From positions 21,316,857-21,380,856 of the forward strand of contig NC_068986.1 in assembly GCF_001194135.2 (NCBI RefSeq): a stretch of 64,000 bases of DNA, in the 5' to 3' direction. Each line of letters begins with the position of its first letter. Positions within the stretch are counted from its first letter, which is position 1. Origin of the DNA: Octopus bimaculoides. Its lineage: Eukaryota. A program made the translations under genes and the position numbers. Under the pieces are notes generated by a model. The model was not told where the DNA came from, did not search any database, and saw nothing but the letters and a program-made list of their open reading frames with translations. This document shows, in pieces, positions 50,401 to 61,164 of the stretch.

Positions 50401-51134
50401 TTCTGCCTTCAATCAGTAATAAATAATAGAACACAAGGGAAAAATAAGTTTCATTCCAAGACCCCCAAGTTGTACCTTTATCTTACCCAAAATTACACCT
50501 CCAATCAGTTTTTAAATACACAGTGATATTTTAGAGTAAAATTTAATAACATATCCCCCACTGTCATCCATTTCCATAGAAAATGTTGTCATGGTAAGTA
50601 GCTTGCTTACCAACCATGTGGTTCTGGGTTCAGTCCCACTGCGTGGCACCTTGGGCAAGTGTCTTCTACTATAGCCTCGGGCCGACCAAAGCCTTGTGAG
50701 TGGATTTAGTAGACGGAAACTGAAAGAAGCCCGTCGTATATATGTATATGTATATATCTGTGTTTGTGTTTGTCCCCCCAACATCGCTTGACAAATGCTT
50801 TTAGTGTGTTTATGTCCCCATAACTTAGCGGTTCAGCAAAAGAGACCGATAGAATAAGTACTAGGCTTACAAAGAATAAGTCCTGGGGTCGATTTGCTCA
50901 ACTAAAGGCGGTGCTCCAGCATGGCCGCAGTCAAATGACTGAAACAAGTAAAAGAGTAAAAGAGTAAAGAGTATATCATATATTTGTTGTTTCTTTTAAT
51001 TTTCTGTTTTTATTTATTTATTTTTTAATTAATTAATTATTTACAATTTTATTCCAGTTCATGAATATGTATCATCTCATTATAAATTCTGGAATATACA
51101 TGGTAATTCTCTTACAATAACACCACAAAGCTGA
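24812..51134 (+). CDS. AP5M1: AP-5 complex subunit mu-1 (MUDENG), 13 coding exons; first coding exon not located
   Basis: Manual splicing of 24812-24938, 26182-26277, 26808-26878, 27946-28021, 29154-29285, 29792-29872, 33106-33292, 36604-36740, 37955-38058, 43576-43658, 46678-46805, 49727-49823, 51058-51134 is GT-AG and phase-consistent (about 464 aa to TGA). Motifs RFPTVEK, QKQPAW, WEVYGRVTCKCDLDG, VHPCV, RFIPP, IPIYNRG, VWNIGQKFP, SSHYKFWN match AP5M1. Confidence 0.95.
26182..26277 (+). CDS. AP5M1: AP5M1 exon (NSEQKCSNQDKSPFYSINTAGGKLFPVIVLNK)
   Basis: tttcag acceptor, GTAAA donor, phase 0/0. Confidence 0.88.
26808..26878 (+). CDS. AP5M1: AP5M1 exon (DQFLFCCLPFVDSASHSKSFLIE)
   Basis: gtttag acceptor, GTAAG donor, phase 0/2; homologous to IYACVPLVE. 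Confidence 0.88.
27638..27868. mobile_element. hAT-type MITE with perfect 8-bp TSD
   Basis: CAGTTGTTCTCAAC...GTTGAGAACCCCTG; TSD CTTTAAAT both sides. Related copies at about 4790-5322, 8783-9046, 37060-37836, 45522-45764, 52037-52230. Confidence 0.88.
27946..28021 (+). CDS. AP5M1: AP5M1 exon (PGVTLCHGLLSALSDIVHTSHLNNE)
   Basis: atttag acceptor, GTAAG donor, phase 2/0. Confidence 0.87.
29154..29285 (+). CDS. AP5M1: AP5M1 exon (NSLFNDISTFLIETVPLGKIRDVNLTSINAKIANKSIFAAGNQK)
   Basis: ttttcag acceptor, GTAAG donor, phase 0/0; within ORF 29094-29327. Confidence 0.9.
29792..29872 (+). CDS. AP5M1: AP5M1 exon (QPAWRPNTHKGRNQIYICVSENVRAAI)
   Basis: ttcacag acceptor, GTAAG donor; QPAW..KG motif. Confidence 0.93.
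30678..31019 (-). mobile_element. Young RTE 3'-UTR copy (inverted relative to 40885-41225), truncated by the N gap
   Basis: Near-identical reverse complement of 40885-41220. Confidence 0.9.
31020..31293. other. Assembly gap (274 N); further 10-N gaps at 40875-40884 and 41539-41548
   Basis: Runs of n. Confidence 1.
33106..33292 (+). CDS. AP5M1: AP5M1 exon (CGTNQKGNDWEVYGRVTCKCDLDGIVPEVTLNII...VHPCVQSADVDDAL)
   Basis: tttcag acceptor, GTAAG donor, phase 0/1; start of mu-homology domain. Confidence 0.95.
33335..33785 (-). mobile_element. Tandem pair of SINE family B copies
   Basis: Two consecutive ~225-bp units beginning TTCTACTCTAGGCACAAGGCC. Confidence 0.85.
35744..36010 (+). mobile_element. 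SINE family C copy, possibly with a MetaSINE-like central domain
   Basis: tRNA head, then CCTGCGACAGACTGGCGTCCCATCCAGG...GAAACCGGGAAACC; the domain assignment is from memory and unverified. Confidence 0.6.
36604..36740 (+). CDS. AP5M1: AP5M1 exon (DNQELDARSTSRRIRFIPPQEQFTLCNYSVNAPKDMPITGYYDMQ)
   Basis: tacag acceptor, GTAAG donor, phase 1/0; F.PP...F.LC.Y motif of mu subunits. Confidence 0.95.
37436..37742 (+). mobile_element. RTE 3'-UTR-type repeat nested in a hAT-type MITE
   Basis: Same family as 40885-41225. Other copies at about 49225-49522, 51443-51670, 41225-41735, 28190-28625, 43000-43335, 25590-25890, 27095-27260, 5735-5870(-), 55585-55850(-). Confidence 0.88.
37955..38058 (+). CDS. 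AP5M1: AP5M1 exon (VEPGGKVIIEVRLTLNPKIKNSFDICELQIPIYN)
   Basis: tttgcag acceptor, GTAAA donor, phase 0/2. Confidence 0.93.
39152..39544. mobile_element. Long-TIR non-autonomous element carrying an internal ~75-bp hairpin
   Basis: About 66-bp imperfect TIRs (AAATAGCCACCTGTGTAT...ATACTGCGGTATT); internal hairpin at 39365-39436; partial second copy at 38325-38465. Confidence 0.7.
40540..41225 (+). mobile_element. 5'-truncated RTE-clade LINE 3' end (ORF C-terminus, 3' UTR, (GAT)n tail; spans a 10-N gap)
   Basis: QERRLRWYGHVVRMDEDSCVK...RGRGRPRKTWAEVVRQDL...DRDLWK is the typical RTE ORF end; TAA at 40862-64; tail ACGTTAAATGATGATGAT. Confidence 0.9.
43576..43658 (+). CDS. AP5M1: AP5M1 exon (GLVQSYEVNASQGSVQLVDKRKLVWNI)
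   Basis: cttcag acceptor, GTACT donor, phase 2/1. Confidence 0.92.
45045..45170. repeat. Compound (CA)n(CT)n microsatellite
   Basis: Directly visible; other microsatellites at 1044-1083, 1735-1778, 38488-38660, 51815-52000, 63480-63670. Confidence 0.97.
46678..46805 (+). CDS. AP5M1: AP5M1 exon (QKFPSKNLEVFLTSTLLLNKQLPTNPDMYEDPFCIDLNSYVL)
   Basis: caatag acceptor, GTGAG donor, phase 1/0; GQKFP and DP.C motifs. Confidence 0.94.
49727..49823 (+). CDS. AP5M1: AP5M1 exon (LTFRINDFTQSGCHVDSKSVQVKGKLKCKLNT)
   Basis: tgtcag acceptor, GTAAT donor, phase 0/1; L.FRI.D.T..GC..D..SVQV motif. Confidence 0.94.
50590..50970 (+). mobile_element. tRNA-derived SINE family A, young copy
   Basis: tRNA-like head (...CTTGCTT.CCAACCATGTGGTTCTGGGTTCAGTCCCACTG), internal (TG/TA)n, tail AAAAGAGT repeats. 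More than 15 related copies, e.g. 1505-1940(-), 4025-4720, 34300-34730(-), 36045-36445, 39870-40300, 44385-45030, 47195-47650, 54950-55130. Confidence 0.85.
51058..51134 (+). CDS. AP5M1: AP5M1 last coding exon (HEYVSSHYKFWNIHGNSLTITPQS-stop)
   Basis: attccag acceptor, phase 1; SS.Y..WN motif; TGA at 51132-51134. Confidence 0.92.
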
Positions 51135-51233
51135 TAACACAGAAGAAAGTGTAATTTATTGATTATTATTATTGTTGTTGTTGTTGGTTTTTTTTTTCCT
51201 TTTTGTAAATTCTTTTACTTGTTCAAATCTTAT

Positions 51234-51239
51234 AATAAA
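51234..51239 (+). promoter_or_regulatory. Candidate polyadenylation signal of AP5M1
   Basis: AATAAA about 100 nt downstream of the stop codon; the hexamer is common in AT-rich DNA. Confidence 0.35.
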
Positions 51240-51311
51240 ATATATAGTAAGAACTGTTTGTTTTCTTAATATTTATTTCAAAAGCAAGGCAGCATGCTGG
51301 CAGAAACATTA

Positions 51312-51342
<31 letters not shown>

Positions 51343-51838
51343 TTATCTATCTTTATCTCTGTTTATCCATCTCTGTCTATTTCTATCTCTCTATCAAATT
51401 AAACAATAGGGTAAAAAATTGGATATTAATTAATATCAAATAGCGTGGCCATTGCCAGTACCGACTGACTGGCCTTCGTGCCGGTGGCACGTAAAAGCAC
51501 CCACTACACTCTCGGAGTGGTTGGTGTTAGGAAGGGCATCCAGCTGTAGAAACTCTGCCAAATCAGATTGGAGCCTGGTGTAGCCATCTGGTTCGCCAGT
51601 CCTCAGTCAAATCGTTCAACCCATGCTAGCATGGAAAGCGGACGTTAAACAATGATGAATGATGATGATCAATGTAATACCAGGGAACAAGCACATTAAA
51701 CGAATCAGGGAGATTCAGAAAAAATATCAGATCTCAAAGGATTATTGTATATGTATATACAAAAATATATATAAAGGAGGCCACTAGGTGGACTGCTAAT
51801 GTACTAGAAGAAGATCATCTATCTATCTATCTATCTAG

Positions 51839-51872
<34 letters not shown>

Positions 51873-52859
51873 CTATCTATTTCTATCTATCTTATTATCT
51901 ATCTATGTATTTCTATCTCTATCTGTCTAATTATCTATCTATCTATCTATCTATCTATCGATCAATCGATTGATTGATCCATCCATCCGTCCATTCATTC
52001 ATTCATGAGCCATTCTTTTATATCAGTGCTTTAATGCAGTGCTCCGCAACCTTTTTTCACTTGCAGCACACTTATATTTTTCTCAAAATTCAGCACCACA
52101 CCTGAACTAAAAATATAACCAAAAGTATCAGGGAAAAAAAAATTATATTCAGTTTACACTGCGGCACACCTAGCATTGTCTCATGGCACACCAGTGTGCC
52201 ACGGCATACTATACTTGTTGCAGAGCACTGCTTTAGTAGTTATTAATGTCAAGTCATTAGTCTTCTACAAATATATAAATGAATTGTTTTGTCTTGTGTG
52301 CATTCTGTGTGTTTGTTGGAGAGAATTTCTGATAATAACTCTCTGCTACTAATGTTTCACTACTCAGGAGGAAACACTAAGTAATTCTTGATGAGCTATA
52401 AAGATAATGAAGCCAGTCTGTTCATTCCTCATTCTGAGGTGTCAAAAAGCCATGTAGTATAACCACAGAACCTAATTTCACAGCCAGACTACAGACATAT
52501 TACTGTAATTTCATATAATTTATACAAATTTCTTTGTCTGCCTTGTTTATTCTTTTTCTGTTTCTCTCTTATTACTTTTGGTGTATTTTGGTAGGGTCAT
52601 GTTGCCAAAAAACACATACACTGGTTGTAGTTCACTTCAGTTTTATTATTTTTTTTTTTATAAACTAATTTATCATAAATTTTTCATTACACATAACTGA
52701 AACCTTTTCAATGATTTCAAATTTTTCAGTTCAAAAAACAAAATATCTTCTCTCTTTTCCATCTTAACTTTTTTCTTTTTCGTTTTCTTTCTTTTTTTAC
52801 TCTCTTCTTTCTTATTGTTTCTCATCTTCTCACTCTTTTCCATTTCTTCTTCTTGTCTC

Positions 52860-53095
52860 ATTTCTCTTCTTCTTCCTTTTATTCCTTTCCCTTCTGTTCT
52901 TTCCCCTCCTTTACATATTTTCCCTTTACTCTTCTTCTTCTTCTTCTTCTTCTTCTTCTTTAATTCTTCTTCTTCTTTAATTCTTCTTCTTTTTCTTCTT
53001 CTTTAATTCTTCTTCTTCTCTTTTTCTTCTTCAATTCTTCTTCTTCTTCTTCTTCTTCTTCTTCTTCAATCCTTCTTCAATTCTTCTCTTTCTTT
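52860..53095. repeat. (CTT)n-rich polypyrimidine microsatellite
   Basis: Directly visible. Confidence 0.95.
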
Positions 53096-56000
53096 CATAT
53101 ATTCAACCTCCCCCCCTCCACACTTTCCTAATCAGTACCATTCTTCTATACATTCAATGAAGACTTGCTGCACCATAAGGAATTTCATTGTGATGCAAGA
53201 ACCTGACTCCACAATATTTCTGCAATGATCTGCTCATGAAATTTCTATCGCACATGGAACCAGTTCATGTGCAACAGTTGTAATTGCTTCCCAGAGGATT
53301 TTTATTTCTTTTTTAGAATAGAGGAAGTACCAGAAATATTACACCAATGGCAATTTAATGCCTTATATTGTTTACAGGATGTGAAATGGAAAGCTACACT
53401 GCCAAAATGGTTTACCAAGAGGAAGCGGGAATTATAAGTTCTTTTGAATTTGGTTCCTTACCAGATAGAATATGAAGATATGAAGCAATAATACTTCTTG
53501 AATTAGTTTTGTTCCCACTATACTGTCCCCATCCCTGTATCGACATGCCATTAATAGTGTACCCTGAATTAGCCTATAGCCTTCATTATCCAGATGAGGC
53601 AACAAATGGAGTCTCTATGTTGTCATCCTGTCTGCTAGAAATAGCAGCAAAATCTTCCTCAAATCACATTCTGACATCATAAAAAGGATTGGATCCAGTT
53701 TCACTGTGTGGCACATTGTAAGTGAAATATGGATAACAGAAAGTCTATAGAAGCCAGTGTGTGTGTTTATATGTATGTATGTGTGTGTGTGTGTATGTAT
53801 GTTGACATTGCATATCTTCATTGAGACACCACGCGGTAACAGTGATGTTTGATTACATTCCACATAAGCAGCAGTAAAAATCATTTTAAAATGGAAAACG
53901 GACACTTGGGGCTTGGTCCTGTTGCCATACTAAAGAAAGTATTAGCTCCAAAAAAGAACTGACTCAAACCATATTGAACCATATAACAGAAAACAGCACA
54001 GAAAACAGATGCAAAACAACAATAACGACAATGATTAACAATACATCTCATTTCTCAGCATTTTCAACATGATATCATCAGTACACGGGTGGGTATCCAT
54101 CCATAGAGTACTGCCTCAAGAAATCTAGTCCAATCTATGACAGCATGGGGGAAAAGCAGACATGAACATCATCATCATGATGATGGTGGTGGTGGTGGTG
54201 ATGTTGGCAGAAACATTAGCACGCCGGGTGAAATACTCTGCGGTATTTTGTCTGTCTTTATGTTTTGAGTTCAAATTCCGCCGAGGTCGACTTTGCCTTT
54301 CATCCCTTCAGGGTCGATAAATTAAGTACCAGTTAGGCACTGAGGTCGATGTAATCGACCTAATACCTTTGTCTGTTCTTGTTTGTCCCCTCTGTTTAGC
54401 CTCTTGTGGGCAATAAAGAAATAAGAAACATTAGCATGCCGGGTGAAGTGCTTAATGGTATTTCGTCTGTCTTTACATTCTAAGTTCAAATTCCGCTGAG
54501 GTTAACTTTGCCTTTCATCCTTTCAGGGTCAATAGATTAAGTACCAGTTGCATACTGGGGTTAATCTAATCGACTGGTCCCACTCCCCAAAAATTCGAGC
54601 CTTGTACCTAGAGTAGAAAAGAATATTTTATTGCACATTAGTTAAGGTTAGCAGACTGACATGTTTGCTGAGGCAGTTGATAAGAAGCACTTCAAAGGTA
54701 ACCCAGTTATCATATCAAAGCAAAGAAACAAACTGGGTTGTTTTTTTGGTTTTCGTGCTAATATATAAATAGATTATGGAACAATGAAAGTGAGAGACGT
54801 TAGATCTTGAACGGGTTTTTTTTTTGTTTCTTTTTACACAAATGCATTTCTAATTTGTAATGTTATCTTCAAAAGAAAAAAAAAAATGACGACTTGCTAA
54901 TTAGCTACTCAGAGCAGACAGAAAGATAATCTATGAATATGAATAGGCACAGAAATGGCTGTGTGGTTAGAAGTTTGCTTCTCAACCTCATGGTTTCGGG
55001 TTCAGTCCCACTGAGTGGCACCTTGGGCAAGTGTATTCTTTTATAACCTTGGATCAACCAAAGCTTTGTGAGTAAATTTTGTAGATGGAAATTGAAAGAA
55101 GCCTATCACACACACGCATGTGTGTGTACCTTTGTCTAGGCATCAAGTGATGGTTGTAAATGACAATCATCTTTATTTTAGAGACGATGTGCATTCCCAC
55201 TCTTTTGTGAAAGAACATGTCTAGCTAAAGGAAAAATATACTGTTGCTTTGAAGCAGGTGAGGGTTGGCGACTGGAAGAGCATCTGGCTGTAAAAATCAG
55301 CTTCAACAAATTGCATCTAACCCATGCCAACATCGAAAAGTGGATATTGAAATGATGATGATGATGTGTGAATGGAATCATCATGGTGGTTTTTATGACT
55401 GCTTTTTCCGTGCTTGCATGGCTTAGACAAAACATCCAGTATTCAGACATACCTGAATGCCTTTCCTGCCTCCAATTCCTATTTGCACATTAAACTGCTG
55501 AGCTGCTGGAAAAATTGTTAATGGGTGACCTAAACGAATGCCAAGTGGTGTCAATGTAATGACACATGGAGATACACACACCATCATCATCATCATGTAA
55601 TGTCTGTTGTCCATGCTGGCATGGGTTGGACGTTTGACTGGGCTGGCATGCTGGAAGGCTGTGCCAGGCTCCAGTCTGATTTGGCATGGTTTTCTACGGC
55701 TTCCTAACACCCTTCCTAATGCCAACCACTCCAGGTGCTTTTACATGCCACCGACATAGATGCCACTTGCGTGACACCAGTATCTGCTACGACTGTAATT
55801 TTGCTCTGCTTGATGAGTCTTCTTCTCTAGCACGACACATATTTGTATTTATACAACAAGCTTCCTTACAATTTTTATCAATTCCTTTTCAGTGACAAGG
55901 TTATTGATCAACTCAAGGCTATTGTAGAAAACACTTATGTAAAGTGACATGCTGCAGGATTGAACCCAAAACAAGGTGACTATGAAGTTAAGATCATAAC

Positions 56001-57774
56001 CATACAACCGCATCATATTGGAGTCAATTCCACTACACTGTGATGTGGACTACTTATATTTCCAGCCATGCTTGTGTCTTTGAAACCAGAAGATTGTGAT
56101 GTGAACTTCTTTATAACACAGCCATATTGAAAATATGAAAACACATTCTGGTCTCTATTATCAAGCAGACAAGGAGATTGTTTCATCCCCCTCCTCTTGT
56201 GGAGGCTGACATAAAGAGTCTTTGTGAGAAAACTCACTTCTCTAGATGTCATTGAATGCAACTCAGGAATTGCCATCAATAAACTTGGAGTTGTGATGAA
56301 TGATTGAACAGTATAGAAGTCAATCATACTGTGAATCCCAACCGGTTGGGATTGGTTGTTGAAGCCCACCGAAGGATGAGGATTAGTCATTGATTAACTG
56401 GAGCATTTATAATCACATCTATTACTACAACGTTAACCCTTTCATTACTATATTTCTCTTGGAATACACTGCCTTTATTTCAATTAATTTTGAAAATAAA
56501 ATATTAGTAAGATAACTTTTTCATTATTAAGTTGGTGTAAGGTAGCAAGCTGGCAGAATCGTTAACATGCTGGGTAAAATGCTTAGCAGTATTCTGTCTG
56601 CTGCTCTGTTCTGAGTTCAAATTCCTTCGAGGTTGACTTTGGCTTTCATCGTTTTGGGGTCAATAAATTAAGTACCAGTGAAACACTGGGGTTGATGTGA
56701 TCAACTATCCCCCTCTCCAACAAGTCCAAACCTTGTGCCTATAGTAGAAAAGATTATTAAGTTGGTGTTTAGAACATAAATAAAATAAGATTTTGAGGAA
56801 AGGCTTTAATTTAAATCAGTTAATAACAGGGAATTTGTATTGTTAGATCAAAGGTGGTCTCAGAATGGTTAATCTCTAACAAGCACTAAGTGCTGTGCTG
56901 TTTGGTCAGTAGATAAGAGATAGTACTATGTGCTCAAGACTTGCACTGACCACTCTTCACACACAAGTATTTTATCTGCCCATGTTTTTCCTGCAGCTAT
57001 CAACTTGCAATTATTCAAGAGAAGCATGAATTGATCTCATTGGACCTGCAAAAGCAAAGGACATGACCCCTCTCTCCAGATTCTTTCAATTAAAAACATC
57101 ACAAAAAGAAAATGGAAATCAAATGATGAATAAGAAAAGAAATTAAAGGATAAATTACAGTCAACAGGAACAGTGATAGAATATGAAGATTCCAAAATAT
57201 TCCAAAGAGAAAACAGAAAATAAACAGGATATTTTAGAAACTAACAAAGATATCAATGGAAAAAATGTCTTTGTACTAATGCCAAAATACCATTTCTGTG
57301 TTGTAGTGACAGAAACTAGAAGGGAAAAATGGTAGGGAGGATGTAGTTCTTCTGAAAGATTGCTTAAAAAGGAATTTCTATCAGAAAACAGAATGTCAGT
57401 TATTAGGTTCAGGGATTAATTAGAGAAAATGATTCAAAATATTAATGATTTCAGGATATTAATGCAAAAGAAAGATTACAGGAAACTTTTCTTTGACATC
57501 TGTAATAACAACAATTACAACAACGTAAACAAGTGTAGGAGTTTCTGTACCAGCTCAAGTAGGGATCACATGTTTTTATTTTATACCTAAAAGTTATGTA
57601 GGGCAGTGTGCCTTACAGGGAGTATAATAAAATAACTGTAGCCAGGGTGTTGATCAAGTGTGATTACTCAATAACAACAACATCAACAATTAATTAACCC
57701 TTTAGCATTCGGATTATTCTGTCAAATATAAAGCTTATTTAATCTCCTTGTATTACGCAATATAGAAGCTGACA

Positions 57775-57846
57775 GCTGTGATCGTCTCGTGGTTAGGGCC
57801 CCACATTGTGGTCATGGTAACCCAGGTTAGAATCCTGGTTGCAGCA
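57775..57846 (+). pseudogene. Full-length (72 nt) decayed tRNA-His(GTG) pseudogene
   Basis: GCTGTGATCGTCTCGTGGTTAGGGCCCCACATTGTGGTCATGGTAACCCAGGTTAGAATCCTGGTTGCAGCA aligns to tRNA-His; anticodon stem has two mismatches and the T loop is TTAGAAT. Confidence 0.8.
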
Positions 57847-58136
57847 GCTAATGCTGATAGGCTTTCCAAGTGTCTAACCCATGCCAGCATAGAAAAAAAA
57901 AAGATGTTAAATTGATGGTGAAGATGGTGGTGGGGATGATGATGATGATGATGATGATGTTGATGATTGTTTTGAATTAGTCATGCATTATTTTGTAACT
58001 TACTCCAGCCCCTGTATAATGTCATTCTAAAAATAAGCAATCACATCACTGAAATCTTCAAGTTACAAAAAATCTTTCCTTGGATAGGAAACCAATAGAT
58101 TGTAGGTAACCTTCTCCATGGTAGTCATAGAACATA

Positions 58137-59360
58137 CGAGGGGTGTTCATTAAAGATTTCCCCTGACCCACTTCCAGTTATTGCAGGAAACAGAACTTGT
58201 ACAGGTATAATTATACATGTCTCTACATCATTCAGCTTTCCACTGTATTGCAGTTTTCCACTAGCATTCATTTGTCTTTTACGGCTGCTAAAGTAGACTA
58301 AGGTGTTATAATGGAGGCAGTTGAATGCAGATCAGTGGTCAGGTTCTTATACTTAAAAGGTCATACACCAAAAGAGACTTCCATTGAGATGAAAGAAGTT
58401 TATGATGACAATGCACCATCACACAATGTACTTAATCACTGGAACACCAGTTCAAATGTGGTCAGACATCGGTGGAAACTGTTCCTATTCCTGGATGACC
58501 ACATTCTGCCATTGATGATAAAACCATTCATTAAGCAGAAGCTACCATCACTCACAACCATTTGCACATGCAGAAATTGTTTGCATGATGGATTCCCTGG
58601 ATGCTCACACCATTTCAGAAGCAGGAACAAGTGAATTACTCTCAGACTCTTTTGGTAATGTGCCAAGAAAACAAGGAGGACTTTTTCAGCAGACTTATCA
58701 CACAGGATGAAACATGGGTCCATCACTATGATCTTGAGACTAAAGTCCAATCGAAGCAATGGAAACATAATAACTCACCACCTCCTAAAAAGGCTTGTGT
58801 CCAACCCTTAGCAGGCAAGGTGATGCACATGGTCTTTTGGGACCAACATGGAGTAGTGATGACAAGTTTTCTGGCAAAGGGCATCACATTTAACAGAGCA
58901 TGTTATGCTTCTCTGATGCAGAAATTGCAGGACACCATCAAAGCAGAGAGGCATGGAATGCTGACCAAAGGAGTCAGCCTCTTCCAAGACAATGCCCCAG
59001 TTCACAATGGGCAAGTTGCCCAGATGAAAGCACACTCCTGCAGCTATGAAATCCTTCCTCATCCCCCTTACTCTCCTGGACTCATACCATTTGACTTCCA
59101 CCTCTTTCCAACCATAGAGTCTGTTTTGAAAGAGAAGCACTTTTCGGATGATGATGAACTTATTTCCGAGGTAAAGTCTTGGCTCCAGATGCAACCTACT
59201 GACTTCTACAGATGAGGTCTTCACAGCTGTATAAAGTGATGGGAGAAGTGTGTCACCATTGGTGGTGGCCATGTAGAGAAGGACTAATAATTATGCCAAG
59301 TTTCATTTATCCCATTCCTTGGGAAATGGGTCAGGTAAAATCTTTAATGAATCCCCTTCG
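58137..59360 (+). mobile_element. Full-length decayed mariner transposon (DD34D; TIR style resembles the Hsmar2/irritans group)
   Basis: About 33-bp imperfect TIRs (CGAGGGGTGTTCATTAAAGATTTCCCCTGACCC / GGGTCAGGTAAAATCTTTAATGAATCCCCTTCG) with TA on both sides (58135-36, 59361-62); 1224 bp. Confidence 0.93.
58311..59287 (+). pseudogene. Disrupted mariner transposase
   Basis: ITQDETWVHHYD, VFWD, QDNAPVH, LPHPPYSPGLIPFDFHLF; 34 residues between second and third D. N-terminal part is frameshifted; in-frame stops near 59213 and 59234. Confidence 0.92.
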
Positions 59361-60084
59361 TAATGCTAAAAACCAACAAATAAATTCATTTGCAATTAAC
59401 TGATCCTTATTTTCCTCAAACCTGGAAAATACAATTGCAAAGTTCCAATGTCTGCTTCCTAACATCAATAATGCCCTTCCTAATGACAATCTGTGTGTGT
59501 GTGGTGTCTCTTTGTCTTACTACCATACAATAGTTTAAACAAGTATTACTGTCACACAAGTGTTATTGTTTGTTTCTATTCTTCCATGCAAACTTCTCCA
59601 AGCATAGAGAAATATTACCTTACTTGGAAGCGAGTGAAGGTTGGAACAGGAAGAGCATCTCGACTAGAAATTTTGCCTCAACAAATTCCATCTGATTCAT
59701 ACAGGCATGGAACAGTGGACATTAAATAACAATGATGAAAATGGTAATGATAACGATGATAATAATGACAACAATAATAAGTATAATGATTAGTTTTACA
59801 AATCCATAGATATAAAACTGATATGAATTTACCCACCCACCCCTTTATTGTGTGTATGAGTACCTAATGGTTTCAATACTTCTTTCCATATCAGTTTTTA
59901 TGAGGTTCTATTAATAGGCAGCTTTAAATTTGAATACAGGTAAAATTTTAGCTGCAGGCAATGGGCTCACACCTTTCATATAAAGGTTCCCAAATGTTCT
60001 GGTTGCAAACATAACACAGTACCAATGGCAGGATATTAACCACTGATTCCTATCTACTCAGCAACTTATATTATATAGCATTAA

Positions 60085-60303
60085 CCCTTTAGTGTTTAAA
60101 CTGGCCATATCTGACCCAGATATTCTACATGTTTTATATTCAAACTGGCGATATCTAGCCTCTCACACCTAACCTACATTGACATTCTAAAAATAAACAA
60201 TCACATCATTGAAACCTCAAAGCTATAAGATAATGCATGGTTAATTCAAAACAATTTGAGTGAAAAAGTATTACATTTAACAGAGTAATCTGACACTAAA
60301 GGG
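60085..60303. mobile_element. piggyBac-type MITE, third family
   Basis: TTAA|CCCTTTAGTG...CACTAAAGGG|TTAA; relatives at 6964-7162, about 7641-7875 and about 49885-50095. Confidence 0.82.
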
Positions 60304-60782
60304 TTAAGACACCCATGCCAAAATAGCTATGGTTTTGGAATCTCACTCATAGAACTTCCAGGTGGTTGAAGAATTTGGTAAAGTAACTCTCTAAAAATAG
60401 CTCCCTTAATACTTTACAAATAGTTTTTTCTTTACTCTTTTTTTTTTCCTTTTGTTCCTGGGTTAATATTTAGATTCCTGCTAATAAATCTACTTTGGAA
60501 AGTTATTTTTAGAATATCCTAAAAATATGATGCAATTTATGCTTTGAGGTAATAATTTCTTAGTGTATCGTTGACATATTCAATTTCTAGATGACTAAAA
60601 CTGGGGTTTGCAGGTTTCAATTATGTTTGCCAGAATATATAGAGATTTGGGGTGTGACATACACACATATACACATATATATAAAATATATTTATAGTCC
60701 ATGAAAGACATTTGAGAAGACTACAACTAAACAGAAGGACTCAATAATAATAATAATGATAGTAGTAGTAGTAGTAGTAGTA

Positions 60783-60935
60783 GAACTATTACAAAAGATT
60801 TGCCTCCTTGGCATGGCCAAAATAATCAGGAAAGTATTAGATAGTTAAAAAGAACAGATTGCATGGTACGTACCATAGGTTGCAGGCAGCAAGCCTGCTA
60901 TGCAACAAGACTCCAGGAGTTACAACAAAATCTGA
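60783..60935 (+). mobile_element. Extreme 3' end of an R4/Dong-type LINE followed by a long (ATA)n tail
   Basis: ELLQKICLLGMAKIIRKVLDS-stop resembles the R4/Dong C-terminus (LQK..LLGT..I.RK.L); flanked by TAA/TAG microsatellites. Confidence 0.65.
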
Positions 60936-60936
60936 G

Positions 60937-60991
<55 letters not shown>

Positions 60992-61035
60992 CAACAATGA
61001 TAATAATAACAATGATAATGATAATGATGATGATG

Positions 61036-61075
<40 letters not shown>
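60936..61075. repeat. (ATA/ATG/ACA)n microsatellite
   Basis: Directly visible; gives the poly-I/poly-Y/poly-L ORFs of the track. Confidence 0.97.
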
Positions 61076-61076
<1 letters not shown>

Positions 61077-61164
61077 GCACACATCTCAGTAACCCAGAGG
61101 TGTAGCAGGTGATGCTGTAGAAATTTGCCTGAAACTATCAAATGTCGAATGATAATAATAGAGG

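Noticed and set aside
53140-53720. Protein-like reading (RIEEVPEILHQWQFNALYCLQDVKWK...)
   Set aside because: All six frames are interrupted by stops and no family is recognised; kept only as context for a possible neighbouring gene
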